64,000 nt of DNA, from NCBI GenBank assembly GCA_943704425.1, contig CALSCP010002431.1:62001-126000 (forward strand), given 5' to 3'. Source of the DNA: Ministeria vibrans ATCC 50519. Lineage: Eukaryota > Protista > Filasterea. Position numbers and translations under genes: made by a program. Below are positions 48,482-61,323 of this stretch, piece after piece. The first letter of the stretch is position 1; each line of letters begins with the position of its first letter. The notes below the pieces were generated by a model. The model worked only from the letters and a program-made list of their open reading frames with translations, searched no databases and was not told the origin of the DNA.

Positions 48482-49005
48482 AACTAGAAAATCGTAGGAG
48501 TTTGGAGAAATTGTAAGCAAGGAAAAAATAAGTAGATAAAGAGAGGCGACAAGTCGTTGATGGGGTTGGATCCAGCCAGCACGACAGTACGGGTCTAAGT
48601 GCTATGTGGTCTATAACGCGGACGGCCGCAAAGAGAAAGTCGCAGAGTATGTCGCCTGTGAGTGACGAGAGGCAGGTGTGAGTGAGGCGAGGCGAAAAGA
48701 TGGGACAGAAATGTCCATAAGACGCGACAAGGACGAGTTATTCGGAATGATATTTCGATCGGGAGAAGACACTTTTTGACGCGAAGGGAGAAGAACGATT
48801 ACTATATGAAGAGTAGTACAATGCTACCGCCTTCGGCCACCTTCAATCATACTGAGCCAACACAGTTACTGAGCTACACATGAATATGAGAGAGACTGAA
48901 GTATTATATTTTCATACTATTTTTTAACACAACAACAATCGTTATTCGTCAATAGGTACAATCTAGTTGAGTCTACACTCTACAGACTTATTTGCGCACC
49001 TCGCC

Positions 49006-52000
49006 ATGGCCCACCGCACTTTCCTTTTCATCGTCGCCTGTATGGTGGCTCTTGCGAGTGCACAGTGCCCCAATCTGCGCGGCGGGCAGCCTGCGCACGA
49101 CTACTCGCAAGCGGCACGTCCGGCAAACGGCGATCCGAATGCGCCTCCCAAGGACGTTGACTGTCTCGTACGCGAGGAGGCGCTCACGTACGCATCCAAG
49201 ATCCTCAACGGCCGACCGGGCATCCAAGACGTCTACGACGCACTGGCTGCTGCCGAATGCAGCCTTCCTCGTGCTGTCGCTGGACGCGACAAGCGTCTGT
49301 TGACGCCGTCTCGCTCGTCTGCTCAGGAGCGGTATGTATCGCCTTCGGGCGACGATTCGGCGTCGGGCAGTCCGTCAGCCCCGTGGAAGACACTTGGTCG
49401 TGCGGTTCAGTTCATTGGCAGCAGCGAGCGCAACGTGCACACAGCGACCACCGTCTTTGTTGACGCTGGCGTCTACTTTCTCGCCAAACCGCTGCGTTTT
49501 ACCCTCGCCGAAAGTGGCTCTCCCCAAGCACCCATTCTGTTTCGCCCCCTTCGCAATGGTAGTTCACGTCCTGTCATTTCTGGAGGAACCCCCCTTCGCC
49601 TCAAATGGGATCAGCAGACTGGGTAGAAGAACGGATGCTGTGAATGGTTGTGGTCTGTCTCATCTTCTGTACATTATAGGCCCGGTGTCAACACCTCGTT
49701 GATCAACACTAACAACATCGCCGGCGACATCCACGGCCCCGGCCTCAACTCGACCACCGTCATCTATCTGGGCACCACAACAAGCTGGCAAGTGTGCAGT
49801 CAGCTTTCTCTCACAAAAGGCGGCAAATCATGGACGTGGCATGACAGTCGTGTCGGCCAAGGTATATGTACTGTGACGTACCTTCTAATTCCCATTGGTA
49901 TTTGGTACTGACCCACCATTCTTTTTCAGGCTTTGGCCTGATGTGCTACATGCGCACCGACAATGTATGGGCACCCAGCGGCCAGAGCGACCACTGGAGC
50001 GGTCAGGTGGGTGCAGGCAAGACAGTGTGGAGCGCCGACATCGACTCGACGTCGCCCTTCTACACACAGCCCATCCGCTCGCTCGTCGTGAACAACACGC
50101 GTCAGTGGCGCGCCCGCTTTCCCAACGGCAACCCCATGGACTACTGCTCGTCGAGTGCCGTAGAGTGTCCACAGCGTCTCAAGACAGACTCAAAGCGACC
50201 CACACACGGTTCAAACGATGGCATCAGTGCCACTCCAACAAACACCAAGGTGAAGAAGCATCAATATCCACGTCAACTGTAACCTCACAATGAGAATGTT
50301 CTACCCTCACTCTAACCCTCGTGACAAAGCACGCTCGCTTTCCAACAACACCTCCCATCGTCATCACTCATACTGTGTTTCTTTTTCTTTTGCAGATCAT
50401 CTGTTCAGCGAGTGGCAAGACTATTTCAGAAGGATCCCTGACACCCCTTGCAGACACACATACGCTCAACGTCTCTGTGCCTTCTTCTCACTGGTACGAC
50501 CACCAGCCCACATGCGGTGACTATGCCTCATGGTCTGGTGGGGCGCTTGATCGATACGACCAGACGTATGCAAAACCCTTTTGGAAGGTAGGCAGACAGA
50601 CGCGCAGCGTGTGACGCTTACCACTGTTCGTGTGCACCACAGTCGTCTGTACCACAGTCCTTCTACTACACCCCAGCCACTATGTCCCCGCGCATTGGCC
50701 ACTGGTCCAACGTAAACCAGTCTGTTGTGCACATGTTCCACCCGGGTTTCTGGGGCGGATGGGCCTTTGAGGTACGAACAACACACAATTTATTGTAATT
50801 TTTTATACCTTCTGTCCTCATAGGTTGATTCAGTGGACGTGTCAAACCAAGAGATTCACATTCCTCTTGGAGGTCACACATACACACACATACGCACGCT
50901 CACTGACACACTCACTGACACACTCACTGACACACTAGGATTTCAAGAGGCACGCGGCGGCGGAATTACCGGCAACTACTACTACATCGAGAACATTATT
51001 GAAGAAGTACCCCTCTCTCTGTCTCTAATCTGACTTGTCACAAACTTATTCTCACTCTACCCTATCACTCAGTTGGACGACGAACACGAGTTCTACCACG
51101 ACGTAGCAAACCATAAACTGTACTACATTGCACCAAAGGGCACTGAAATGTATTCCGCAGAGGTATTGAGTGTATAGCGCATTAAGTAGTGATGGGTTTG
51201 TGTCTATTTGACCACTGCGTTAGGTTGTCGTACCGGTGCTGGAGCAACTCGTGGAAATCACAGGGAGCAGTGCGACTGCACCCGTGTCCAGTGTGACCTT
51301 TGACTCGTTTGTCTTTACCCACACCACAAGCACATTTCTTGGCCCTTACGAAGTGCCTTCCGGCAAGATTCACCACCATACACACACTCTCTTTTTTGAG
51401 TGTTAATCGTTCTGACTGGAATTTCATGTTTATATAGGAGGCGACTGGGCGATCCATCGGGGCGCTGCTGTGTTTATTTCCAATGCCACTGACGTGCATC
51501 TGACGTCGTCGCTCTTCACTCTGCTCGACGGCAATGCAGTCTTCCTATCGCAGTACACCCGCCGCTGTGTCATCACCCAGTCCGAGTTCTTCTCCATTGG
51601 TGAGTCCTGCGTGGCCCTGGTCGGTTCAGCCGTTCTCATGGACGCCCGTGCTGGCACCCAACCCGTCTACACGACCGTCAGCCGAAACCACTTTCACAAC
51701 TGGGGCATTTGGGGCAAACAGACGTCCGCCGTGTTCCAGTCTGTCTCGCACCACAACACAATCCAATTCAACAGTAAACCTTAAAACGCTAGCACAGCCA
51801 AGTCTAAGTCGAAACAAACCCCTCCTTCTCCACTCTAGTTGGCTACAATGGCCCACGTGCAGGCATCAACGTCAACGACGGTCTTGGCGGTGGCTCTCTC
51901 ATCCAAGGCAACCTAATCTTCAACACGGTACGTCTCATCTTTATTGTCCTCCTTTGGCCCTCACCACTCCCTTTCTCTCTCTCTTCTCTTTAGGTTCTTG

Positions 52001-52056
52001 AGACAGGGGACCACGGTGTTTTCAACAGCTGGGATCGTCAAGTACCAAAAATTGTG

Positions 52057-52148
<92 letters not shown>

Positions 52149-52158
52149 NNNNNNNNNN

Positions 52159-52251
<93 letters not shown>

Positions 52252-52350
52252 AAATGGGTTGTATTCTTCTTCTTCTTATTATTATTATTATTATTATTAT
52301 TAGTATTGTTATTATTATTATTAGTATTGTTATTATTATTAGTAGTATTG

Positions 52351-52395
<45 letters not shown>

Positions 52396-52441
52396 GTATT
52401 GTTATTATTATTAGTAGTATTATTATTACTATTATTATTAC

Positions 52442-52473
<32 letters not shown>

Positions 52474-52485
52474 TTATTAGTATTG

Positions 52486-52521
<36 letters not shown>

Positions 52522-52549
52522 CTATTATTATTATTATTATTTAGTATTG

Positions 52550-52585
<36 letters not shown>

Positions 52586-52595
52586 CTATTATTAC

Positions 52596-52632
<37 letters not shown>

Positions 52633-53234
52633 ATTATTAATTTTGGCAGGCATACATATGGATAAACGACACAACTAAGGAGGTGCAATTTGTTCCGGAC
52701 ACCTGGGTGCTTGCACACAACTTCTTTTTCCGCAACTCGTACATGGGCAACACTGCTAACTTGTACACCATCGACAACGACGACGGCTCATCTCGCTTTC
52801 TTCACGAACACAATGTGCTCGTGCAGGGCGGCATCAAGTACCGCGACGGCATTGATCGCACTTCCCAGGGCAACCTCATTCTCTACCCGACCGTCATGCC
52901 GTACGGGGTTGCCTTCCAGGTCAATGGTTTTGACACCGACGTCTACTCGAACAACACGCTCGTAACGGCAACTGGCCAGGCATACGGCGCGTGTGCGTCG
53001 CTCAAGACCACCGACGCCCACGAGAGCGGCATTGTCACTGCCCACAACACCTATGTCACGCCCAACAACACGGCGTTGCCCTTCTCCTCCGGCGGCTGCG
53101 GTGGCTCTGCCGTCACCGACTGGGACGCCTGGCAGAAGCTCGGCTGGGAGGTCAACTCGATGCGAAATGCAGATGCCTCTCTTGCCACTCTTCGCTCCGA
53201 AATTCGCGCTCGTCTTCTCTCGCCCTCCACTTAG
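49006..53234 (+). CDS. Secreted right-handed beta-helix protein (GH141/pectin-lyase-like) with an inserted PAN/apple-like Cys module; ~13 exons
   Basis: Signal peptide MAHRTFLFIVACMVALASA. Motifs YVSPSGDDSASGSPSAPWKTL, RPVISGG, RARFPN, WGGWAFE, GGFQEARG...YYIENIIEELDDEHEFY, PSGGDWAIHRG, GIWGKQTS, NGPRAGINVNDGLGGG, ETGDHGVFNSWDRQ and IDNDDGSS. Confidence 0.85.
52059..52640 (+). repeat. ~580-bp (TAT)n and degenerate TAT/TAG/TGT array with an internal N gap, within an intron
   Basis: Seen directly; gap at 52149-52158. Confidence 0.97.
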
Positions 53235-53306
53235 AAGAACCGTATGCATAATACAATAATACGAAATACTACAACTAATACAATAATACCAAATACTACA
53301 AGTATT

Positions 53307-56300
53307 CTACATGTTGTCAACGGAAACGCGAGTCGCCACGACCGATCGGATAGGCAGTGTGTCATCGAAGCGCGAGAGCAGCCAGGTGATTGTAGATGCA
53401 TCGACCGAGTCCAAGTCGGCCAGCACATGTGAAAAGTCAAGCACAGCGCCACGCACATGCACATCAGTCATGCCTACACGTCCCCGCCGCATTGGTGACG
53501 CACCGCCCACAGCACAGCGCGACACCATTGGCCCATCCGGTGCCCTTCACAACAAATGATTAAAAATATCTCACACTCTCTGCAATCTCACGTACTGAAG
53601 AGACGAGCGACGTTCCATTCGTCGATGGCGCGGGAACACAGCTTGGATGCCATGAGCACACTCAGCAAACAGTGACAACATGGCGTCCGCCCCACCCACA
53701 CCCGCGCCCAACTCAGCGTCGTCCGAGCCGCTGTCCCAGTCGGACCCTTCGTCATCCACATCCGACACATTCATCTACAAAAAAAGAAGAAAACAATTAA
53801 ATTAATTTAATTTTGTCCTTGGGGGTTTTGGCATTGAGTACAATTCTCGATTACTTTTCTATATATTTTTCTTATAATAATTGAAACACACACACGTCCG
53901 TTTCATCTCACCTTGCTGGCATTGAGTCGCTCCAACAGGTCGTCTTGGCCGGACACTGCGGCGACCCTTTCGCCCTCGCCACCAACGTTGTCACTCTCTT
54001 CATCAAGCATGTCCTCACGTGACTGGTCCGTGCTCCCCAACAGCAGCGCCAGATCAGATACCGCCAAGTCTGACCCCGACCTCACGTTGTTGTTCTCTGG
54101 CAGCTTCTCCTCCCCCGTGCGCAACTGGTCCACATTGGCCCGGGCAACGCGCGTGGCAATGGCACGGAGCACCCGACTGGCGAGTCGCGTGTTGGGCGTT
54201 GCTGCAACCGTTGTTGCCGTTGCTGGTGGACCACGCAGCAACACTACCAACAAGTCAAGCAGGCGACGCACAGTCGGCAACTCGGCGTGTCGGTGTTCCT
54301 CCAGAAGCTGGGCAAGTCGCCCGACCACGCGCTCCGTATGACAACGACCTGCTCTGCCACTCACTATGACTGCAAGTGCGTCAAAAAGACTGCGCGACAG
54401 AGCCACATGCTCCGCATACACGTCGACATAGAGCAAGAGGAGTGACACAAGACTGTCAACCCCACTGTCGTCGTCAAATTGATCATGCACATCCGCCCAG
54501 CACACAGACAGCCACTGCGACAAATGCTCGTGAACACTCTCAAGCAGTTGTTGCTCGACAATGCGCGCATATTGTTCGTCGGAAAGACCCGAAAGAGGAG
54601 AGAGTGCAAGGGGATCACCAGCAATGTAGGCAAGTGGCTCTTGCTGTGTTGCTGCTGCACGCCCACCGTGTGCCCAGAAAGCAAGTTGCCGGAGACGCAC
54701 GAAAACGGCTCGTGACAGAAGACACGCCGGCGCCGCAGGCAATACACTCGACGCAAATGCCACGGCAATGGTCACAGCCAAAATTGTCACCTTGTCCACG
54801 AGTGTGCCCGTAATAATACCCGCAAGCGTCTCGACCCACGGACTAACATTGGCACACACCCCGTCCACGGTCCGTCGTGCCGCCGCTCGCTCGCTCACAT
54901 CGCTCCACGAGCTTGTCACTTCCGGTTCCCCCAAGAGCATTGACAGTAACTGACAGCGCGCAAAGACGCTCTTGAGGACCAAACACGACGCGTACCGGTG
55001 ATGACGCGGTGCACTAGTTGCCAGAAACCCGGACCAAACCTGGCGTAGGAGCGTGTGGTTGTACCAGAGAACAGCCTCGGCAAGATGCGGAACCGCCTGG
55101 TCACCCATGCGTCGCAACTCCCATCGACTGTCTCCGAGAGCATCAGCAACTTGCGAGAGCATCCGTGGCAGCACCTCAGTGAGTGTAGTTTCCGCCGACG
55201 GCGACTGGTCAGCGAGGCGAGTCTGGTCAAGAATCGAGAGGGCGCGTGGACTGGCAAGAATAGTCGCGAGCGACTCGACGCATCCATGTCGGGCACCATC
55301 ATCAAGTGATGCATTGGCACGAAGAGCGGAGGGTCGTCGACGGGGTTCACCCGAAGGGGAACGCTCAAAGGCACACGGAACAACGTCGACAGTGGTGCAA
55401 TCTGCATCGACACTCATGCCGGGTACCGAGGACCGGTGACGCGTGTGCCCAACAACAAAGCTGGTCGATGGCGAGGCGGTCACTGAGCGTTGCAAGGGAG
55501 TGTGTACACGCGAGTGTGATGGGCTTGCTGTGGCACTGCCGGAAGCCATGTCGGTGAGGGACGACGACGCCTCGTCATCAATGTCGCCAGTGTGACTAGA
55601 ACGACGCTGCTTGTACACTGGAGTCTTGGGCGGCGATACGGATGCAGAGCGTTTCGACTCCATTGCAGCAGCAGCAGCAACGTGAGTTGGATAGTGGGTG
55701 ACTGACGACGGCGCCACGGCGGTATTCAGACTCTGACTGAGCAGCGGCGTGTGTCGACGCGCGCCCTGCTCAGGTGTCTTGGGGGTTGCGGATGCGACGG
55801 CAGCCAAGGATTGTTTAGGCCTCGGCACCCTAGACCCGCCACAAAAGCGCGAGAGCATCGAAGGAAAGACGTAGTAGAGGTGACTGGTCACGAGAAAGCG
55901 CAGAATAAGCTCGTAGGCAAGCAGTCGACCCTCGCGCCATTCCCACTGCGACCAAGGCGCACTTTCGCAACTGCTTGCTGCTGGAGAGGACGTGGCCATG
56001 GGCGCTGCAACGTTAGACAACGTCACCTCTGGGTGTTGTTCAGAGACGGGCCAAGGCTCGGAGAGCGCGCCGAGCACAAGTTTTAGCAGATCGGGGTTGC
56101 CGCTGTCCATGGCGACGAGGTACTTGAACACCGAACTGGCACCCTGTCTCACTGTCGACGCTGGGTGGGCCAGATACGGGTCAAACACTGACACGTAGAC
56201 GGTGTAGTGGGGCACAAGAAGCCCGGCAGGAATGTGTTTCACGAGAAACACGCAGAGAAGCAGGACACTCTCGGCAAAGTAGGCGTCCAGGAATGGCGCG

Positions 56301-57400
56301 TCGGGTGGTGTCGCCGCGTGCAACAGCGCCACAAGGTCGTCGAGTGCCTCAAGCGATACTTGGTTGTCGCAAGTGGCAAGAAAGGCACTGTAGGTGCGCG
56401 TGGCCGCCTCGCGCACACTCAGTTGTTCGTGGCGTAGCAATGAAAAGACCACCGCGCGTGTGCGTTGTGAGAGAAACGACGGAAGCGTCGGAAAGGTAAG
56501 GTTGCGACCAAACTGCAAAAAAACATGGTGCGTCGTCGATGCTGTCGACGTGGCAGTGAGGGATGGCGAGTCGGTGACGCGGTGGCGTCGATGAAAGCGG
56601 CGTAGAATACTGCCCAAAGCGGCGACGGCGCCTTCGCGTGCCCGCCACGTCGACTCCTCCGCCTCGCACAGGTCAACGACGTGCTCAACGAGATGCTCAA
56701 GAGCTAAAAGCGGTAACAACTCGTAGATGGCACCAATACGCACGGCGCACGTTTTGCGGATGGCGGACCACACGTCGGTGATGCCAGCGAGCACAAAGTG
56801 TTGGAGCTGGTCAACAAGCTTCTCGTTATGCTTCACGGCATGGCGTTTCACGAGATCCAAACCAAGAATGTAGGCTTGATGGCGCACAACGGGTCGTTGA
56901 GCGGCACAGAGGACGCACAGGCGAAGAGCACAGAGGGTAGCTGGGGAGAGAGGCAGCGAGGCCAAATCGGCGAGCAATCGGTCCAGCTCAGCATTGAGCG
57001 ACGCCTTTGTTGCCAATGGAATGCTGCAAGGTTTCGCAAGCAACACTTCAACACTCTCAAGGGTGTCCACAAGCCGTTGTGCGGCGTCATCGTCGCTGTC
57101 GCTGTCACCAAACGGAGACGAGGGCGAAGCAACGACTTTGCGTATTCTTGACGACAGTGATTGACGGCCGTCGGCGCCCCGTGCCTCGCCCACAGCGCCA
57201 GCACCACCATACGTGGCGGCGCCAGAGAGCTGTTCGCTCCAGCCAAAGCGACGACCAAGCAGATAGGGAACGAGAGGCAAGAGGAATGTTGCGTCGACCA
57301 TCAACGTTGCAAATGTTTCGTGTATCCTCGACAAAACACCCACCTCGCCATCGACGTCTACCGACGCCAATAGCTCTTGCATCATACTTAGATACATCAC
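53307..57400 (-). CDS. Uncharacterised HEAT/ARM-repeat protein (~1300 aa, 3 exons)
   Basis: HEAT-like motifs GITDVWSAIRKTCA, STWRAREGAVAALG, HEQLSVREAA, AHPASTVRQGAS, WEWREGRLLAYE and DSRWELRRMG. Ser/Pro-rich insert. Introns at ~53777-53910 and ~53545-53594. Confidence 0.75.
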
Positions 57401-57481
57401 AATGAATCAATGATTATCAAGTTGAAATAATCATAATCGTTCGTAATCAAATTTCAATCAATCAATATTCACCTTTTCGCG

Positions 57482-60234
57482 ATGTCGCGGACGGCCGCCC
57501 GACAGAAAGCTGTAGAGGAACGGAAACAATTGGAGGAGCGCCTTGAGGGCCACAAGAAGAAGAGCAGAAAAGGGTCTTTGTCGGCAGCAACTCCACAATT
57601 TCGCCGCGAATGTTTTGAAGCGGTTCGCGACATTGTCGCCACTGACATTGACGAAGCGATGCGTTCGCCGTCGCTGATCGAAGACGTTCTCTGGAAGACT
57701 CTATGGTACCCGTGGATCGCGGAGCTTCGGGAACGACGCGCTCACAAGCAGGCAGAACTTGCAAGTGCCATCGCGGCGGTCGCTGCGCAACTCTTTGAGC
57801 TCGCGGCGGTGCTGAACGCCGCCTACTCGGTGGATGCCGTAGCCATGTCGCGCATGGGCTTTCAGAGTCCTTCTTTGCTGTCGTCTCGTCGACTTGCCAT
57901 TGTCAAGGGCGCCGCCGGGGCGATTCTCGCTGCTTTGGGCGACACACTGCGCTATCGTGCCGCAACACTCGACAAGGGCAACAGCAGCGCTGGCAGTCCT
58001 GTTGAAAACCTCGCTCAACTTCAACAACAGGTTCAGAGTGGTGAATCGATTGCCTCACAGCGTGCTACATACTACATCGGGCGTCAGGTGTACCTGGCTG
58101 CGGCGCGTCTCTTGCCGCACAATGGACGTCTCTACTTTCTTGCGGGCAAGTGCATTGCTCAGGGCGGCGTCCACGCAGAGGAATCTCCCGAGGCACGTCT
58201 GCTAGGAGCTACGTATTATTACGTGCGTGCTTTACTGGTGCGCGAATCGTACGTGGGCGCTCGCGATGTGCTCACGCGACTCTTTGAGTCTATTCGTGGC
58301 ACGGCCCTACGCCAAAGCGACCCGGTCTGGCAGTCACTTCGTCCACACACCACTACCACGAACCCCCCGACCACGAATCGAGGAGGGTTGGGCACTCAAG
58401 CGCGAACACGGGGCAAAGGACGAAAGTACCGTGAAAAGCGCACCGAAGTATGGCTCAAGCCACACTCGATGAACGACTCACAGACATTGGAACACACGTA
58501 CGACGACGAAGAAGAAGGGGAGCAGCACGACAACGAAAACGACGATTACGACGATGACGACGATGACGATGACGATGACGATGGCAACAACGCAACTGAC
58601 CCGGATGTTATTGCTGAACTGCGACGGCACTGGGTCTTGTCAGGGCTGTATCTGTGTGCCATGTTGGGCTCCCATGTTGGCATGGAGCACTTCGCGGCGT
58701 GTTTCTCGCTCCACTGCGACACCCTTCATCAGCTTGCACGCGCCAACCAGTGCCCGCCTTTGGCCCTTTTTCGTCTCCTGACACTCTTCCTGTGGATCAT
58801 TCAGAACCACTCGAGCAGTGACAGTGCAAGCCCCTACGCAGTGCAGTCGACCGCTGTAGTCTGTGTGACGCTGACGACACTCATCCAATGCCCCACACGT
58901 ACTCGCTCGCCCGTCATCGACTCGATTGACGCCGACGAAGCCGCTCAAGGTGAATATGCAATGCACACACATGTATGACTTCCACTGTCGAAACCCCTAA
59001 CCGTCTTCTCTTTTTTGTTTTTGTTTTGTGAAAGACGGGGGAGGACTGTCGTCGTGGCTGGCGCACAGAGCAACTGTGGGTGCTGCTGCGAGTGTCTGGG
59101 CTGGCTGGATGGTGGCCAACCGCAATTTTTGGATGTCTGTGTTCCGCTCGGCTGTGCCTTCAACGCTTGCGTATGTGTCCGTGCATTTGCGCGACTTTTG
59201 GCCGGTGTTTCGCCGCTACTGCGTGAAGGAAGCAGAAAAGGATGGCTCAAGTGGGGCGATAGATGCAATGACAACGCAGTGGGAGGACAGCGTGTTACGA
59301 GGGGTTGGATCGTTGCGGGGGATTGTAGCGGGGCGTAGAGGGCGACTGAGGGAGTGGCAGCGACAGGTGTGTGGGGATGACGCAGCCATGCGAGGGTGGA
59401 TGGTGGCAAGCGAAGTGGTCGTGCCAGTGCGCCAGGAGATTGTCGAGGATGACGAAGAAAAAGAGGCGAGGGAGAAGGAGGAGGAGCGGCGTGAAGAGCG
59501 CGTCGAAATGGCGCGGGAGGAGGGGTCTAATGGTGGTGGTGCGGTGGTGGCAACGCTGGTCCATGAGAAACAACGGCTTCTCGAGGCACAGCGGGCGCGC
59601 GAGTCACGCAAAGAGACTGTCGCGGCACTGGTGGACCGCGAGCTGAACCAGTGCACGGAGGTACGAGTGCATGATATTTTGATGATGATTAGTTTTGCAG
59701 TGGCTTACACCTTTGGTCCAGGTACTGGTGATGCGCGTTGTGGTCGACACCAACTGCTTTCTGTCGCAACTGGGGCGCGTCGAAGAGCTTGTAGGAATGC
59801 GATGTGGGTGTGTGGTGACGGTGCCGCTAGTGGTGGCCAACGAGCTGCGTGGACTGAGTCGGGGGCGGGAGGGCGATGACGCCGAGACCAATGCACGGCG
59901 GGTCGAGAGTGCTCTGGCGGCACTTGCATGGCTTGCTCGTGCGCATGAGGCTGGCTGGATTGAAGTGGTGGGTGCTGAAGGAGAGTTACTTGACAGCATT
60001 GCATACTGTCCTCAGGAGCAGGCGCAGCGCACTGCTCTCAGCAACGACGACGCTATCCTTGACTGCTGTCGTCTGCTCGACGCACACCACGCCTCGACGG
60101 CCCCTGTACCCACCACTTCCGTCCGTCGGCGACACTGTGTGCTTATCACCGACGATCGCAACCTGCGTGTCAAGGCTCTTGCATGCGACCAGCCCACACG
60201 AACGCTCCGCGCCTTCCTCAAGTGGTGGAAGTGA
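57482..60234 (+). CDS. SMG6: SMG6/EST1A-like NMD endonuclease (EST1 TPR + PIN); 2 introns
   Basis: IEDVLWKTLWYPWI, LGDTLRYR, AARLLPHNGRLY and ATYYYVRAL. The PIN domain VVDTNCFL...VVANELRGL...SNDDAILDCC...LITDDRNLRVKA has the acidic catalytic residues intact, so it is SMG6-type rather than SMG5-type. Confidence 0.88.
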
Positions 60235-60376
60235 ACATGTGTAAAAAAAAAACTGAAAGTGTAAACAATTCTTTTCCTTCGCATATACAACATTGATCGA
60301 AAAGAGAAGAAGGAGGAAAGAGAGAGAAAGAGAAAGAGAGGGAGAGAGATAGAGAGACAAAAAGAAAGAAAGAACT

Positions 60377-61024
60377 CTACTGTGCAGCGGCAGCGGCGCG
60401 CGCAACCGCCTGCTCGCCAGGTCCGCGCTTGGACAGAATCTCCTGCTGAATCTTGATGAGCTTCTCCTTCTGCGCATCCTGCTTTGCCTCAAGATCCTCA
60501 ATTGCCTTGGCCACTCTTCCGCTGCAAGACAAAAAAAAAAGACAAGCGGTCAGAGGACTTAAGAGTGCACTCGGCTCTCAGCTCACAGCTCCTTCTTGAT
60601 GAATTCAACTCGGTTGTTCACCATCGACTTGGCTTCGCTCACATCCTGCACAACAAAAAAACCAAGCAGTAAGCACAGTGCACCGGCGTGTCGCCATGCG
60701 CGCGCACCTGCTTGAGCAGAACAGGCCCCATCGACTTGAACACCGCCGCATCGTCCTGCAGCAGATCCAGCTCCACCATCACCGCTCTCGTCTCCGTAAA
60801 CTGCGCCTCAAGCTCCCCCCGCGATTTTACCAAGACACTGACATCTGCACCGTGGACACGTGTCAGTGGTGCACGTCGGCGTAGTTTCGCGTCGCAAGGC
60901 GACAGAGTGACGACGCGAAAAGAGAGAGAGAGAGAGAAAAAAAAAAGAAGTAACAGAAACAAAGCGTACCAGCTTCGAGGTTTTTCAGCACCTGGAACTC
61001 CTTTTGGATTGATGAGTCTCCCAT
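60377..61024 (-). CDS. PFDN6: Prefoldin subunit 6 (4 exons)
   Basis: SRGELEAQFTETRAVMVELDLLQDDAAVFKSMGPVLLKQ|DVSEAKSMVNNRVEFIKKEL. Confidence 0.93.
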
Positions 61025-61323
61025 AGCGATGACTGGCAACTCAAAAATTAAATTAATATTATTATTTATTTTAAATGTAAACGATGATTAGAGTTTAGAC
61101 AGACATTGTAAGATCGGTTGGAAATGATTGCACGATGATTGCCCGCTCCCTGCAAAGCCACAGCAGCCACACGTCGCCTGTCTTACTTCTGATCAACGCA
61201 AACACGCACTAATTACTAAGTGCCGAGGCAACCTGAACGTTTTAATGCGAGAGTGTGAGAAACGCTGTTGAATAATGTTGATCATTATTAATTTTACTCA
61301 CTTTAATTTTACTTCACTCATTT

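Noticed and set aside
47719-48880. Possible solo LTR (TG...CA ends)
   Set aside because: No target-site duplication, primer-binding site or retroelement coding remnant could be identified.
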